Assembly (NCBI RefSeq): GCF_006345805.1 | Contig: NC_043000.1 | Coordinates: 95,108,001-95,172,000 of the forward strand | DNA from: Octopus sinensis | Lineage: Eukaryota | DNA length: 64,000 bases | Direction of reading: 5' to 3' | Shown: positions 12,178-24,415 of the stretch, in pieces | How positions within the stretch are numbered: position 1 is the first letter of the stretch | Layout: every line of letters starts with the position of its first letter | Translations under genes and position numbers: made by a program | Notes under the pieces: model-generated | What the model saw: the letters and a program-made list of their open reading frames with translations, nothing else | Databases searched by the model: none | What the model was told of the DNA's origin: nothing

Positions 12178-12372
12178 GATGGAGGTGGAAATAGCACAGA
12201 AGTAAGTATAATATATTTCAATTTAAGAGAAAATTTAATAAAAATGATTTTTAAAATTGTTCATCGAACCGGTCATATTTTCTTTATATAATAATTTTTT
12301 TAATCGTTTTATTAAATTCCCTCTTAAATTGAAACGTCTTAGACTTACTTCTGTGCTATTTCCACCTTCATC
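12178..12372. repeat. Imperfect inverted repeat of about 80 bp with about 35 nt spacer
   Basis: gat-ggaggtggaaatagcacagaagtaag...aatttaataaaa vs ttttattaaatt...cttacttctgtgctatttccaccttcatc. The right arm contains GAAACGTC at 12331-12338. Confidence 0.75.
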
Positions 12373-12416
12373 TTTTGTATATAAAATTTGACTTGTATAG
12401 ATCTCTAATCTGTTTT

Positions 12417-12455
<39 letters not shown>

Positions 12456-13150
12456 TTGTGAGTGAATTTGATAAATGGAAACTGAAAGAATCCTGACGCA
12501 TGTCTATATATCTATATATAGAGAACTGAACCCGTAACCATGTTGTTGGAAAGCACACTTCTTACCACAAATCCACGCAATTACACTTGCACCTGTATAC
12601 CTATAAGTACAACTTGCGAACATAGGTATTATCCAAGGAAGTTTTCTTTCAGTTTTATTACACAGAATCAATACATAGCATTAGAAATTAAAGATAAATA
12701 TTGATTTTTTTCTGTTTTGTTTATGTATCATATAACCTGCAATTGTTAGGCTTCTTTCATAAAGTGCTTTTTCATACACAAATATTTCAGCAGAATCGCA
12801 GTATTCCGGGTTTCCTTCGTACATGTCCGTTGTTTCACAAACGTATAAATTGAAATACAGGTCTTATATTCTATCTATCTCTCTATCACTCAATAACATG
12901 CGGCTAGCTCAGGAGTCGCGTTTACTGCTAGTCCTTGTTAATAATCTAACGAGTCAAGAAACACGGGACATATTAGAGATAGCATACTGTAAAAAAAACA
13001 TGTGACATAAGTTTTCTATTTTTGGTACTACTTAGGTGATTGTTTTTAATACATATTAATACTCCAGGCATGCTTCCCTCTGTACGTGGGTTTCTGTGTG
13101 CGTGTAGGTAGCTGTTCAAACATATTTATTCATATACATACATATATATA

Positions 13151-13245
<95 letters not shown>

Positions 13246-13248
13246 CAC

Positions 13249-13279
<31 letters not shown>

Positions 13280-13862
13280 TATATATATATACACAGATGT
13301 GTGTGTGGATATAGATAGATAGACATATACATATATACATACATATATACATTTATATATATATATATATATGCCTATTTATGCATATATACTTACACAT
13401 TTATGTACATATATACATATTATACATATATTTTTGCACATATATACACATATACACACACATCCATACATACGTGTCGTAGTGGGGGAAACATTACTTT
13501 TTATTTTCTGCTACATTTCTTAAGAGTTCTTTTGTAAATTGCTTTGACATTCAAAGAGGTTATTGCGTTTATTGCAGAGTTCCATCATACTAGGTAACTG
13601 TCCATTATATCAGAGAAATAATAATGAAATAAATTCCATTACATTCTTCCTGTGTTTTTATCCATTGATGATGGCAGCATGCGGTTCAACCTGTAGTCGT
13701 CTTAAGTCCTTAAAAAACTCGTAATCATTCAATGACTTGCCAATCATTATACGTTTTAACGTTCACACTTTTCCTGTTTTAGTACTATTTACATTTTACT
13801 TGGTGGTACTTCTGACATATATGCATCAATCCCCCAGGCAAGCTTTGTATATTTTTACAAAC

Positions 13863-13910
13863 TTATAGCGCCTGCAGTGTTCTTTAATCACGTCCTTTGC
13901 AGATGATGTC
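13863..13910 (-). CDS. Weak candidate exon (TSSAKDVIKEHCRRY)
   Basis: ctaac branch-like site, ttttatcgttcaaag| acceptor and |gtttgt donor. 48 nt, phase 2-2, and only one frame is open. Confidence 0.2.
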
Positions 13911-14823
13911 CTTTGAACGATAAAAATTACAGTTTGTTAGTTAAAGAGATATTATTTCAACATTGTCACGAAATACACGTTCAAACATGTAAACCGTAAG
14001 CGAAAGCGTAGTACATTATATTTCATTATTTGCTTCTGAATAATGACTATGAAGCAAGCGTTTTATCTGATGACGTGGGGAGTTTCATGGAGTTTCCTTA
14101 TTGGGCGTTTGTCAGCATTATTTAATTGGGTTTCTATTGTCAAAGCAGCTAGCTGACAATATCATTACCGCGCCGGACAAAGTGCTTAACGGTATTTGTT
14201 CCGGTTTTAGGCTCTGAGTTCAAATTCTACCGAGATCGACTTTGCCTTTCATCCTTTCGGTGTCGATAAATTAAGTACCAGTTGCGTACTGGGTCGATCT
14301 AATCGACTGGCTCCCTCCCCTGAAATTTCGGGCCTTGTGCCTAGAATAGAAAAGGATAAACAAGTGCCAGTCAAGTACTGGGGTCGATATAATCGACCCC
14401 TCCCTCAAACCCCTCCCTCAAAATTCCCCGCCTCGTGCCTGTAGTAGAAAGGATTATTTCTGCTACTTGGTTTCCGGCTATTTACGTTCTGAGTTCAAAT
14501 TCCGCCGGGGTCGACTTTGTCTTTCATTCTCTCGGTATTTATTTCATTCTCATTAAATAAGTACCCGTCAATTACTGGGCCACCATTTGACAGAGTTATT
14601 TCTGGAACGTTAGTAACTTTTTCTATGTCTAATATTTTATATTTTAAGAGATTTTCCTATGATTTCTAAGAACTCTTCGCATGCGGTATCTGTGCGTTGT
14701 ATATTATTTGAGAATGTCTCCTAATGGTTTTGACATACTTGTTTTACGGTGCATCCGTTAATTAGTTATGGGTCAGATGGAACCGTTTGAGCACTTTTCA
14801 CTGTTCTCTAGAAACATGACGGG

Positions 14824-15240
14824 ACGAGCTGGCAGAAACGTTAACACGCCGGGAGAAATGCATAGCGGCATTTCGTCTGCCGCTACGTTCTGAGTTCAAA
14901 TTCCGCCGAGGTCGACTTTGCCTTTCAGCCTTTCGGGGTCGATTAAATAAGTACCAGTTACGCACTGGGGTCGATGTAATCGACTTAATCCGTTTGTCTG
15001 TCCTTGTTTGTCCCCTCTGTGTGTAGCCTCTTGTGGGTAGTAAAGAAATAGGTATTTCGTCTGTCGCTAGGTTCTGAGTTCAAATTCCGCTGAGGTCGAC
15101 TTTGTCTTTCATCCTTTCAGGGTCCATAAATTAAGTATCAGTTACTCACTGGGGTCGATGTAATCGACTTAATCACTTTGTCTGTCCTTGTTTGTCTCCT
15201 CTATGTTTGGCCCCTTGTGGGCAATAAAGAAATAAGAAAC
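14824..15240 (+). mobile_element. SINE family S2, two tandem copies
   Basis: gagctggcagaaacgttaacacgccggg...gttctgagttcaaattccgccgaggtcgactttgcctttca...ggggtcgatgtaatcgactt is repeated. Further copies lie near 11090, 14150-14600, 22140-22720, 24460, 35575 and 44300. Confidence 0.85.
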
Positions 15241-15295
15241 ATAACGGGGCGAATTCTTATAATGCAAAATAATAGAAGAGATTCTATTTGTGTGA

Positions 15296-15717
15296 TTATC
15301 TCAGTAGCTAATTTTAATTAGGTAGGGCTCTCTATCTATTTGTCTATGTGTCTATCCATCTCTCTATTGAGCTACTGGTGAGATATTTGGATGGAGTTTT
15401 CAGACATATTGAACTGAAAGTCTGAACGCCAGACCGTGTGCTTAACGTTCATTGATGAGCTATAGTCGACATGATTTGAACGTAAACTGTCAATCCCGGA
15501 CAATATTTTTTTCTTTTGTCTCTCTTATTGCAAATTGTGTACAAACTTACGTTTAGCCATCCCTTGCATGACCCAATTTTCAAACGTTACAAAGAAAAGT
15601 CCGATATGTATGAAAACCCCATCCAAATCTCTCACCAGTAGCTCAATAGAGAGATATATAGACACATAGGCAAATAAACAGGGATCCCAACCCAATTAAA
15701 ATTAGCTACTGAGATAA
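15296..15717. mobile_element. Fold-back MITE with long TIRs of about 115 bp
   Basis: ttatctcagtagctaattttaatt...ctctattgagctactggtgaga...catat is mirrored by atatg...ctcaccagtagctcaatagag...aattaaaattagctactgagataa. TA is present at both ends. Confidence 0.72.
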
Positions 15718-15890
15718 AATTTGCTATATTCAATATTTTATCCCCTTTTTTTTCCTAAATTCAGATATTGCTGATAATTTCAATACTAATATATTATTTC
15801 TCCTGGCAATTTTGCACCTGTCATTGTTATTGCATCTGCAGGAATTCCGATTTGTGTACCATGGGGAAGATCTTCTTCATTGTAATTAAA

Positions 15891-16656
15891 ATGGCACCAA
15901 AAGGTAACGAATTGTTTGACGATATGAAGAAAATTATTTTTAATTTGCACAAGAATGGTTTAAGATACAAATTAATTAGCAAACGAATACATATTAGCGT
16001 AAACACAGTTGCCAATGTAATTCAGAAGTACAAAACTATTGGACAGCTAAGCAATAAAGATCGTCCATGTTGTCCTATTTTAAACTGCGCATGATATTCG
16101 CCACATCCAATGTTGCGTGATGGATGACAGGCGTCATACCGCTTCATCTTTGGCCCAAGAAGTGTTTTCTGTTAGTGGAAAAAGTGTATCTGCCCAAACA
16201 GCTCACTGCAATTTGAACCAGTGTGGTTTTCATGGACGTATTCCTCGTAGGAAGCATCTACTCGCTACCAGGCATAAATTAAGTAGTCTTTCTTTTGCCG
16301 AAACCTATGTGAGGAAGACGAAAGAGTTTTGGAATAAAATTCTTTTTTCTGGCAAGACTAAAATCATCTTGTTTGAGTCAGATGCTATTAAACGAGTATG
16401 GCGATAACCAGATGAAGATAATGGTGACAAATTCACCGTGTCTACCGTTAAACATGGCGGGGGAAGTGTTATGTTTTGGGAATGCATGAGTGCGGTTGGT
16501 GTGGGAGGACTCACATTTATTGAGAGAGCAATGGATTGTGATATATTGCAGAAAACAATGTTGAAAAGCATCAGGACGATGAGGCCAGTTTTCTCTCAGC
16601 CTAAAATATACAAAGGATTTGATAAACTAGTCTATAAATTAAAACTGACCCCATAA
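15891..16656 (+). pseudogene. Tc1-like transposase remnant, 3'-deleted
   Basis: MAPKGNEL...HKNGLRYKLISKRIHISVNTVANVIQKYK, GFHGRIPRRKHLL and TVKHGGGSVMFWECMS. Stops and frameshifts are present, and no TIR was found. Confidence 0.85.
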
Positions 16657-16830
16657 AAACAAAATGACAGAAAAATCAGTGACAGGCAGTGTCTCTTGAA
16701 AAAAAATTCAGTTACAACTATGATATTGTTGGTATATGTTCTTTGTCTATCTCCTTAACTTCTTGGAGATTTTTTGTAAAATTATACTAATGTGTCCTTA
16801 TGTTCTAATTTAATTAAATTATATGTCTTT

Positions 16831-16924
16831 GTGCAGCTGAAGATTGCTCTACATTTTAAATTGACGGAATTAAATGATTGCATTGTTCAATTAAATGGAG
16901 CTGCATGAAACGATCGTACTTCAT
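16831..16924 (+). ncRNA. Type I hammerhead ribozyme (family C, decayed)
   Basis: GUGCAG-CUGAAGA-UUGCUC...GAGCUGCAU-GAAA-CGAUCG-UA-CUUCAU. Perfect stem III palindrome ACGAUCGU, stem I 5 of 6 bp. The host (about 16770-17060) ends at (TA)n. Confidence 0.6.
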
Positions 16925-17059
16925 TACCTCTGGATATCTTTCTTGCTTATTTTGATTTCAATCACCTTATTTTGAAGTTGTATGGATAATACCATACTAA
17001 ATTCTGGTACCTCAACTGAAGTACCATATTCATCTGAATATAAATTTTTGCTGAACTCA

Positions 17060-17098
<39 letters not shown>

Positions 17099-17146
17099 GT
17101 GTGTGGGGGGTGTACATAAATACATGCATATACACATACATATATC

Positions 17147-17148
17147 GA

Positions 17149-17210
<62 letters not shown>
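17147..17210 (+). repeat. (GAAA)n microsatellite
   Basis: Direct reading. Confidence 0.95.
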
Positions 17211-17211
<1 letters not shown>

Positions 17212-17726
17212 TGACTATGCATGTTGCGTGAACCAAGGTCGTGGATCCGAGACTAAGATCGACGGTATGATTGAGTAGGCCACAGACCTGTCTCGCTTGT
17301 AATTGGTATTGTAATTGATAATGTCCACAACTTGAAGATGCCTTTCAGTTAAAACCATGAGCTTTTTTTCTTATAGAAGGATAAAAGGAAACACAGAATT
17401 AAGAATTATATAATGGCTAGAAATGAACGATGCATCCCAGTAAAAAAAATACTACTAATGCTTCAAACCACATGCAATCCTTATTGTAACAGAGCTTAAT
17501 TGAGTATATCTGTGTAAGTAACCGAAACTGTTTCTTCTAGCCTTTCTCTAACCACCATTACACTTCGCAACAGCTCTTACATCAATCGCTTTTGTAAAGT
17601 AATGAAACATTAGTAATTCACACGTATCTGACAGTGCCTCTTTCACCAACCATTTCTCGCGAATTAAAAAGAAAGTTTAAAAGAGAAAAAAGGAAAGAAA
17701 AAGAATTCATGAAAGAAAGAGAATAC

Positions 17727-17872
17727 GAGAAGGTTGTTTCAGGTAGACGATAGTTATCGTTTGATGTGCCTGATGTATCGCTGTCTAAAAACATTTCTCT
17801 TTTTCCGTGTTTGTTCACGCAATGTTCGTCTTGGTGTTCAGTAAAGGAGATTCTACGTGACCGCTTTATTTG
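17727..17872 (-). CDS. Weak candidate exon (QIKRSRRISFTEHQDE...PETTF)
   Basis: ctattttcag| acceptor, an open frame of 48 codons, and a weak |gtattc donor. A competing plus-strand reading (PLSPTISRELKRKFKREK...) overlaps it. Confidence 0.22.
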
Positions 17873-18249
17873 CTGAAAATAGTAGCCGAATCTTCCTCAT
17901 ATCACACTCTAACATCAAAAATTAAAAGACATATTCGACACTGTAGTTCCTAATACTCAAAAATATGGTAATTTGACCATCCCATCTTATTGTTAGACAT
18001 TGTATCTAGAACTGCATTACATACTGTCTCCATCACTTTTTAAGAAGATGGTGTTTGATGTGAGGGTAATGTGGTTGTTGTTACTAGCAGGCTGTGTGAC
18101 GACATAACGTCCTTCGTTTTTTTTTTTTTTCGTATTTTGAAAGGAGTCGAAGCGCCAAACAACTGAAACTCCAGCTAGATTGTTTTATTGTATTTTTATT
18201 CCTTTTTCAATCTTTATTCCTTTATTCGATTCTGGTTTGCCTCTTCTCA

Positions 18250-18490
18250 CAAGGCTCTTTTGTGTGGGTCTGGGGTTGGCCGGAAAACACCCTACGGAAT
18301 CTTGTTTCCAACATTACATGCTAAACCCTATTATGGACACCCCAAGGAAAACGAAAATGTGATATGGTGAAGGTCCATAAAAATTGAAGCACTGGCAGGC
18401 AGCTACACCTGGGGACATCTACAACCCATTACCAAGATCAGGAGTGATGGAATTCTCTTGTCGGTGCCCTATGCTCCAAAGGAATTAAGA
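18250..18490 (+). mobile_element. RTE-clade LINE 3' remnant
   Basis: Broken peptide KHLRNLVSNIT..TLLWTPQGKRK...SLVGALCSKG resembles RTE C-termini (GH.LR...W.P.GKR.RGRP...ALC). Confidence 0.6.
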
Positions 18491-19461
18491 ATCTATTCCC
18501 TTATTTGGTGTTAGAGATACATGTAAATTATATTCGTCCCTACTTGCTTTTAACTTTATTATAGCCATGCAAGTAATTTTGTTACACATTCTTTCCAAAT
18601 CATTACCTGCTTCGTTTCCACATTAACATCGTGACTAAGAGCTGCTATTCCAAGCAATTTCCTTTCCATCTAATTATTCCGAATTAGCGTATTAGTTTAA
18701 TGACAACGATTATAAAGGCATCTTTTCCTGTAAACTAACCATTTCTATTACAAGATTCCACTCTAAGGTTTGAGAGAATGTAAGGATTTCCTAAAAGCTG
18801 ACCTCCTCGTAAGCTATCCAATTGGTGATAATTTTTATTACATCATAAAATTATTTTCACAATCAGGATTATCAATAATAACTATTTCACCAAATAGCTG
18901 GTAATGTGTTTTCATGCAGTGATAATTGTCTGGACTGGTTATGTTAATGAATAACAATGTGTTAATGTGTTATTCTTAGTGGGTGTCGATATTACCTAAT
19001 GTTATAACCAGTTAGTATCCAGTGTCAACAGAAAGAAAATAAATAATAAATAATGATAATAATAATTTACTTCTAACACTATTCCTCGGAGCAATTCTTT
19101 AAATAAACAACTTAGTTCGATTTAAAAACTTCTAATACGCGTGTGAAGTCATTGAGTGCTAGGGCTAGGAATATCTTTTCTTCTTATTTTTTACTTGCTT
19201 CTGTTCTTCGACTGCGGTCATGCTAGAGCACCATTTGAAGTGTCTGGTCAAAAAAAATCATCCACGGTATTAATTTTTTTTAAAGTCTGGTACTTGTTTT
19301 ATAGGGGATTTTTTCAGAAGACTTTAACAAACCAACACAGGTTGTCAGGGGGGGAACACACACACACACACATACATACATAGGTAGAGAAATAGATAGA
19401 TAGACAGACAGACAGACAGGCAGGCAGGCAGGCAGGCAGACAGGCAGGCAGACAGACAGAC

Positions 19462-19550
<89 letters not shown>

Positions 19551-21362
19551 TACAACCTGCTTCTTTACCATATCCGCTCACAAGGCTTAGATCGGCCCGG
19601 GTCTATAGTAGAAGACACTTGCCCAAGGTGTTGTGCAGTGGGATTAAACGTTAGCCCACATGGTTGAGAAGCAGACTTCCTAAAACACAGTCACAACTGT
19701 CAACGTTTTAAAGAATAAGAAAAATAGCATAAAACAAAGTTTTCAATTTTTGTGAAAATTTGATAAACCTTATCTTCTGCTTTCATTTAAGATCTTGGCA
19801 TTCTCTCTCAAAAAAAAACCATGTATTAGCACTATGAAAGTAATTAAAGTCGTGATACTTCTCAAGAATGTTCCTTTAGAAATTTGGATGAAACTAAGAA
19901 GACCAAACATTTCCTGTTTCTTAAATTATGTTAATACAATCTTTTATCTTTAACTTGTTCCAGTCATTAAACTGGGGCCATGCTGTGGCACTACCTTGAA
20001 GAGTTTTAGTCGAACGAATCGACCCCAGTACTTATATTTTAAGCCTAGTGTTTATTCTATCAGTTTCTTTTGCCGATCCACTAACATACGGGAACGTAAA
20101 CACACCAACACAAGTTGTCAAGAGGTGGTGGTAGACAAATAAAGACAAACACACACATTCGATAGGATTCTTTCAGTTTCCGGCTTTCCGTAAACCAAAT
20201 CCATTCACAAGGCTTTGTTCGGCCCGGGGCTATAGTAGAAGACGCTTGCCGAAGGTGTCACACAGTGGGACTGAAACCGGAACCAAATAGTCTTTGTCGT
20301 TTGGTGAACATAAGTACAGTGTTGGTTGTGTGGTAATAAGCTTGCTTCCTTTTCATGTGGTCTTGGTTTCAGTCCTACTACGGGGCACCTTGGGCAAGTG
20401 CCTTCCATTATAGCCGCGCGCCAAACAAAGCATTGTGAGTGGATTTGGCAGACAAAAAGTGAAAGAAGTCCGTCCTTTATGTGTATGTGTGTGTGCGTGT
20501 GTATGTGTGTGCGTCCGTGTGCGTATGTGTGTGTGTACGTGTGTTGTCTCCCACCATCGTTTGACAACCTGTGTTGGTTTGTTTCATCCTCATAACGTAG
20601 CGTTTCGGCAATAGAAAACAACAGAATAACTACCATACCTTTTAAAATAATTAGTACTGGGGTCGATTTGTTCAACCTAACCCTTCAATGCAGAACCTCA
20701 GCATGGCCTTTAACGGCCATCTTTCTTCAGAAGTATTTCTTAATTCACACATATTTTCTGGGTTTTATAAATTAAAACCCTAATTAGATTGGTGCTAAAC
20801 CATCGAAATCTCATTTACTTCTCTTACAATGAATATAAATAACATTCATTTTTAGTTGACTTCTTGCAAATGTGTGAGTCTTTTAACGTCGTTTCAATGT
20901 ATGTCTTTCAGAAGATAATAAATCCACTCAGCAACAGAGCACACTTATATGTATTCACATACACATTCACATACACACATTTAGATGCATGCACACATAC
21001 AAACATATATGAGTGTGGATGTATATATGTATATGTGTATATGCATATAAATATTTAAATATGATTGATTTGATTGATTCTAGTTTCAGCTCACGAGCTG
21101 TGGTCATGCTGGGGCACCGCCAATATTTGAATATATATATATATGTATATGAATGTGTGTGTATGTGCATATATATATATATATATATATGTTCTATTTC
21201 TATTCCTGAGCGCCATACTAATACATTTGTTTGTTTGTACTCCACCTACCTTCGTCTTTTGTTTATTTTCGTAAACCTTCCCGTTATATATATATACATA
21301 TACGTAACCACATATATACATGTATAGAGAAAGAGGTGAATATATATGTGAATACACAAATA

Positions 21363-21393
<31 letters not shown>

Positions 21394-22721
21394 ACTGCGG
21401 AGAGAGAGAGAGAGAGAGAGAGAGAGATGTTTGTAGGAGTGTGTGGGTGTACTATAAATACAAGTACAAAATGAAACACTTGCGGATTAAAATTATGGCA
21501 ATTTTCCATTGCTTTTTATGGTTTTATGGACATTTTTGCCTCTAAACATGTATTTTTAAATTAATAATTGCTTAAAATTACTTCCACTATGTAAATACAC
21601 CAGGTCAAGTTACATAGGATTAAAACGCTTCATAATATGTATCAATTAAACCTCACACGGTCGATGTCTCTTTAACAGCTCTTAATTAATTTTCTAACAT
21701 TTGTTGCCGCTATTGTTGCCACAAAGATTATTATTTATCCTTCCCTTTAAGGTGGTGAGCCGACACAATCGCTAGAGTGTCAGGAGAAAAAATACCTTAA
21801 TAGCATTTCCTCCGATTCTTTACGTTCTGATGTCAAATCCTGTCAGCTTTTCCTTTCATGCTTTTGATGTCTTTAAAATTAAGTAAGGTATTTGATGAAG
21901 ACACACGTTTGCTGGGGTTTTTTCAAAACTTATGTCTCAAAAAAATGACTCCGGGTCCTACATGCGAAATTGAGCTTTTCTCGCGCTAATTTTGTCCCTG
22001 ATATATTTTATTATTGTAATCATGTAGGATATTTTCACTGACGTAATTTCTTGCTTTATATTCAACTGCAATGCTAACATTCCATGTACAGTAATGCTTT
22101 CTGCTCAAGAGATTCTGTAATGTGCAGCTAGATTGCTTTAAATATTGATTTCAAATTTTGGTACAAGGCAGGCAACTTCAGGGGAGGGGGCTAATCGCTT
22201 ACATTCACCCCAGTGCTCAACGATTCTGCCAGCTCGCCGCCTTTACGCACGAGTATATTAGATGCATGTAGTGTTGGTTTCACATTTTGGCACAAGGCTA
22301 GCAATTTCAAGCAAATGGTAGGTCGATTGCATCGGCCTCAGAGCTCAACTTGTACTAATTTTATCGACCCCGAGAGAATGAAAGGCAAAGTCGACCTCGG
22401 CGGAATTTGAACTCGAAGTGCCGTCAAGCATTTTACCCGGTGTGCTAATGATTATGCCAGCTTGCCGCCTTCGATTGCTTTAAATATTACATGCGTCTAA
22501 TAGCATACTCTTCCGTCAAGGCCGCGAACTAGGAGAATCGTTATCACGTGAGACAAAAATGCTTAGCGGCACTTTGACCGTCTTTACGTTCTGAGTTCAA
22601 ATTTCGGCCTTGTCGACTTTGCCTTTCATCCTTTCGAGCTCGATTAAGTGAGCAATGGTGTCGATATAATCGACTTACACCTCCCACAAAATTTCAAGCC
22701 TTGCACCTCCAGTAGGAACGA

Positions 22722-22782
<61 letters not shown>

Positions 22783-22906
22783 CGTGCATATTTTACACCA
22801 ACACATATTGTACCAGTATAAGTAATGGCATCGACTAATCCCCTTCGTCAAAATAGCTGATCTACCTAAATCAGAAACCAGTTTATCATTGTTTGTATAT
22901 TTACGT

Positions 22907-24033
22907 CCGACGCCTTCAGGGACTGCAAGTACGGTATCGACATCAAGTACAGGACGGACGGGAAATTTTTTAACTCCAGAAGATTGCAGGCCGTCACAAA
23001 GGTGAGGGAGACAGTCGTCAGATACTTTCTCTTTGCTGACGACTGCGCCCATAACGCAATCGATGAGCAGGAGATGCAGCTCGGGATGGACAGGTTCTCA
23101 TCAGCCTGTGGCAACTTCGGTCTCACCATCAGTGCCAAGAAAACCGAAGTGTTGTTTCAGCCAGCCCCCGGCAAACAATACCATGAGCCTCAGATAAAGG
23201 TGAACGGACGGATCCTACGAGCGGTGGAAAACTTCACCTACCTGGGTAGCACTCTCTCCTCCCATGCCAACATAGATGCTGAAATCATCAACAGAATCTC
23301 CAAGACAAGCAGCGCGTTTGGGAGACTGCGAAAGAAAGTCTGGGAGCGGAGAGGAATAAGCCTCAACACCAAGCTGAAAGTCTATCGGGCAGTCGTGCTT
23401 ACCACCCTACTATACGGCTGCGAGACGTGGACTGCTTACCGAAGGCACGAGCGCCAGATAAACCACTTCCACCTCAGGTGTCTTCGGAACCTCGTTCACA
23501 TCCGCTGGCAGGACAAAGTCCCAGACACGGAAGTTCTGAAGCAGGCAGATCTCCCTAGCACCATCACGATCATGCGCAAGGCCCAGCTGAGATGGGCAGG
23601 CCACGTCTCCCGCATGTCCGACACTCGCATCCCAAAACAGCTCTTCTACGGTGAACTCAGCCAGGGCAAACGCAAAGTCGGAGGGCAGAAGAAGCGCTTC
23701 AAGGACAGTCTCAAAGTCTCTCTCAAAGACTTCTCCATTGACACAGAGACTTGGGAGACACTTGCTGCCGACCGCTCATCCTGGCGCAGCGCAATCACTA
23801 CAGGAGCAAAAACAGCCGAGGAGAGACGGATTCAGTCAGTAGAACAGAAACGCCAGATGCGGAAAGCCAGAGCCACCTGCACCAATAGCACAGCCCCTAC
23901 CAACTTCTGCCCCACTTGTGGGAGGGGCTTTCTTGCCCGGATTGGCCTCACCAGCCACCTCCGGTCTCATAGCAGCAATTCCACCAAATGATGTCAATGG
24001 TCATCTTCGAACCCGAAGGACGAACATTATTAC
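22907..24033 (+). mobile_element. RTE-clade LINE, 5'-truncated and young
   Basis: GC-rich island with an uninterrupted RT C-terminal frame. 3' UTR ggtcatcttcgaacccgaaggacgaac. Probable TSD ATTTACGT at 22899-22906 and 24034-24041. Confidence 0.92.
22909..23991 (+). CDS. RTE LINE ORF, partial (RT C-terminal half plus C2H2 finger)
   Basis: The frame is open from the truncation point: DAFRDCKYGIDIKYRTDGKFFNSRRLQ...FLFADDCA...FTYLGS...LLYGCETW...QLRWAGHVSRM...CPTCGRGFLARIGLTSHLRSH-stop. There is no genuine start codon. Confidence 0.9.
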   Translation, partial: DAFRDCKYGIDIKYRTDGKFFNSRRLQAVTKVRETVVRYFLFADDCAHNAIDEQEMQLGMDRFSSACGNFGLTISAKKTEVLFQPAPGKQYHEPQIKVNGRILRAVENFTYLGSTLSSHANIDAEIINRISKTSSAFGRLRKKVWERRGISLNTKLKVYRAVVLTTLLYGCETWTAYRRHERQINHFHLRCLRNLVHIRWQDKVPDTEVLKQADLPSTITIMRKAQLRWAGHVSRMSDTRIPKQLFYGELSQGKRKVGGQKKRFKDSLKVSLKDFSIDTETWETLAADRSSWRSAITTGAKTAEERRIQSVEQKRQMRKARATCTNSTAPTNFCPTCGRGFLARIGLTSHLRSHSSNSTK

Positions 24034-24089
24034 ATTTACGTGATATTACATTTCATATGTACCATAACGAAATATAAATTAGCACTCCC

Positions 24090-24415
24090 TCAGCTAAGAC
24101 GGCGAGCGTTCCAGTTGATCCAATCAACGGAACAGCCAGCTCGTGAAATTAATGTGAAAGTGGCTGAGCATTCCATAGATGTACCCTTACGTGTACTCTT
24201 AATGTAGTCCTTAAGGAGATTCAATGTGACACATAATGTGACAAAACTGACCCTTTGAAATACAGATATTACTCATTTTTGCCAGTTTAGCGGACTGGGT
24301 CAACATGAAATAATGTGTCATGATCAAGAACACAACGCGCCGGTAGGAATCGAACTCATGAGCTTACGATCGTGAGTCGAATACTCTAACCACTAATCCA
24401 CGCGCCTTCACTTAA
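24090..24415 (-). mobile_element. tRNA-derived SINE family S3
   Basis: Minus-strand head ggcgcgtggattagtggttagagt...gagttcgattcc (A and B boxes), then a ttgtgttcttgatcatgacac...ctggcaaaaatgagta central domain. Confidence 0.8.

Noticed and set aside
13560-13915. Long minus-strand frame with several in-frame stops (…KSLNDYEFFKDLRRLQVEPHAAIING…)
   Set aside because: No recognisable family motif. It cannot be distinguished from random AT-rich sequence without a database search.
24330-24415. tRNA-like sequences here and at about 46320-46400 and in S1/S2 heads
   Set aside because: They have A/B boxes but no complete cloverleaf and continue into SINE bodies, so they are not tRNA genes.
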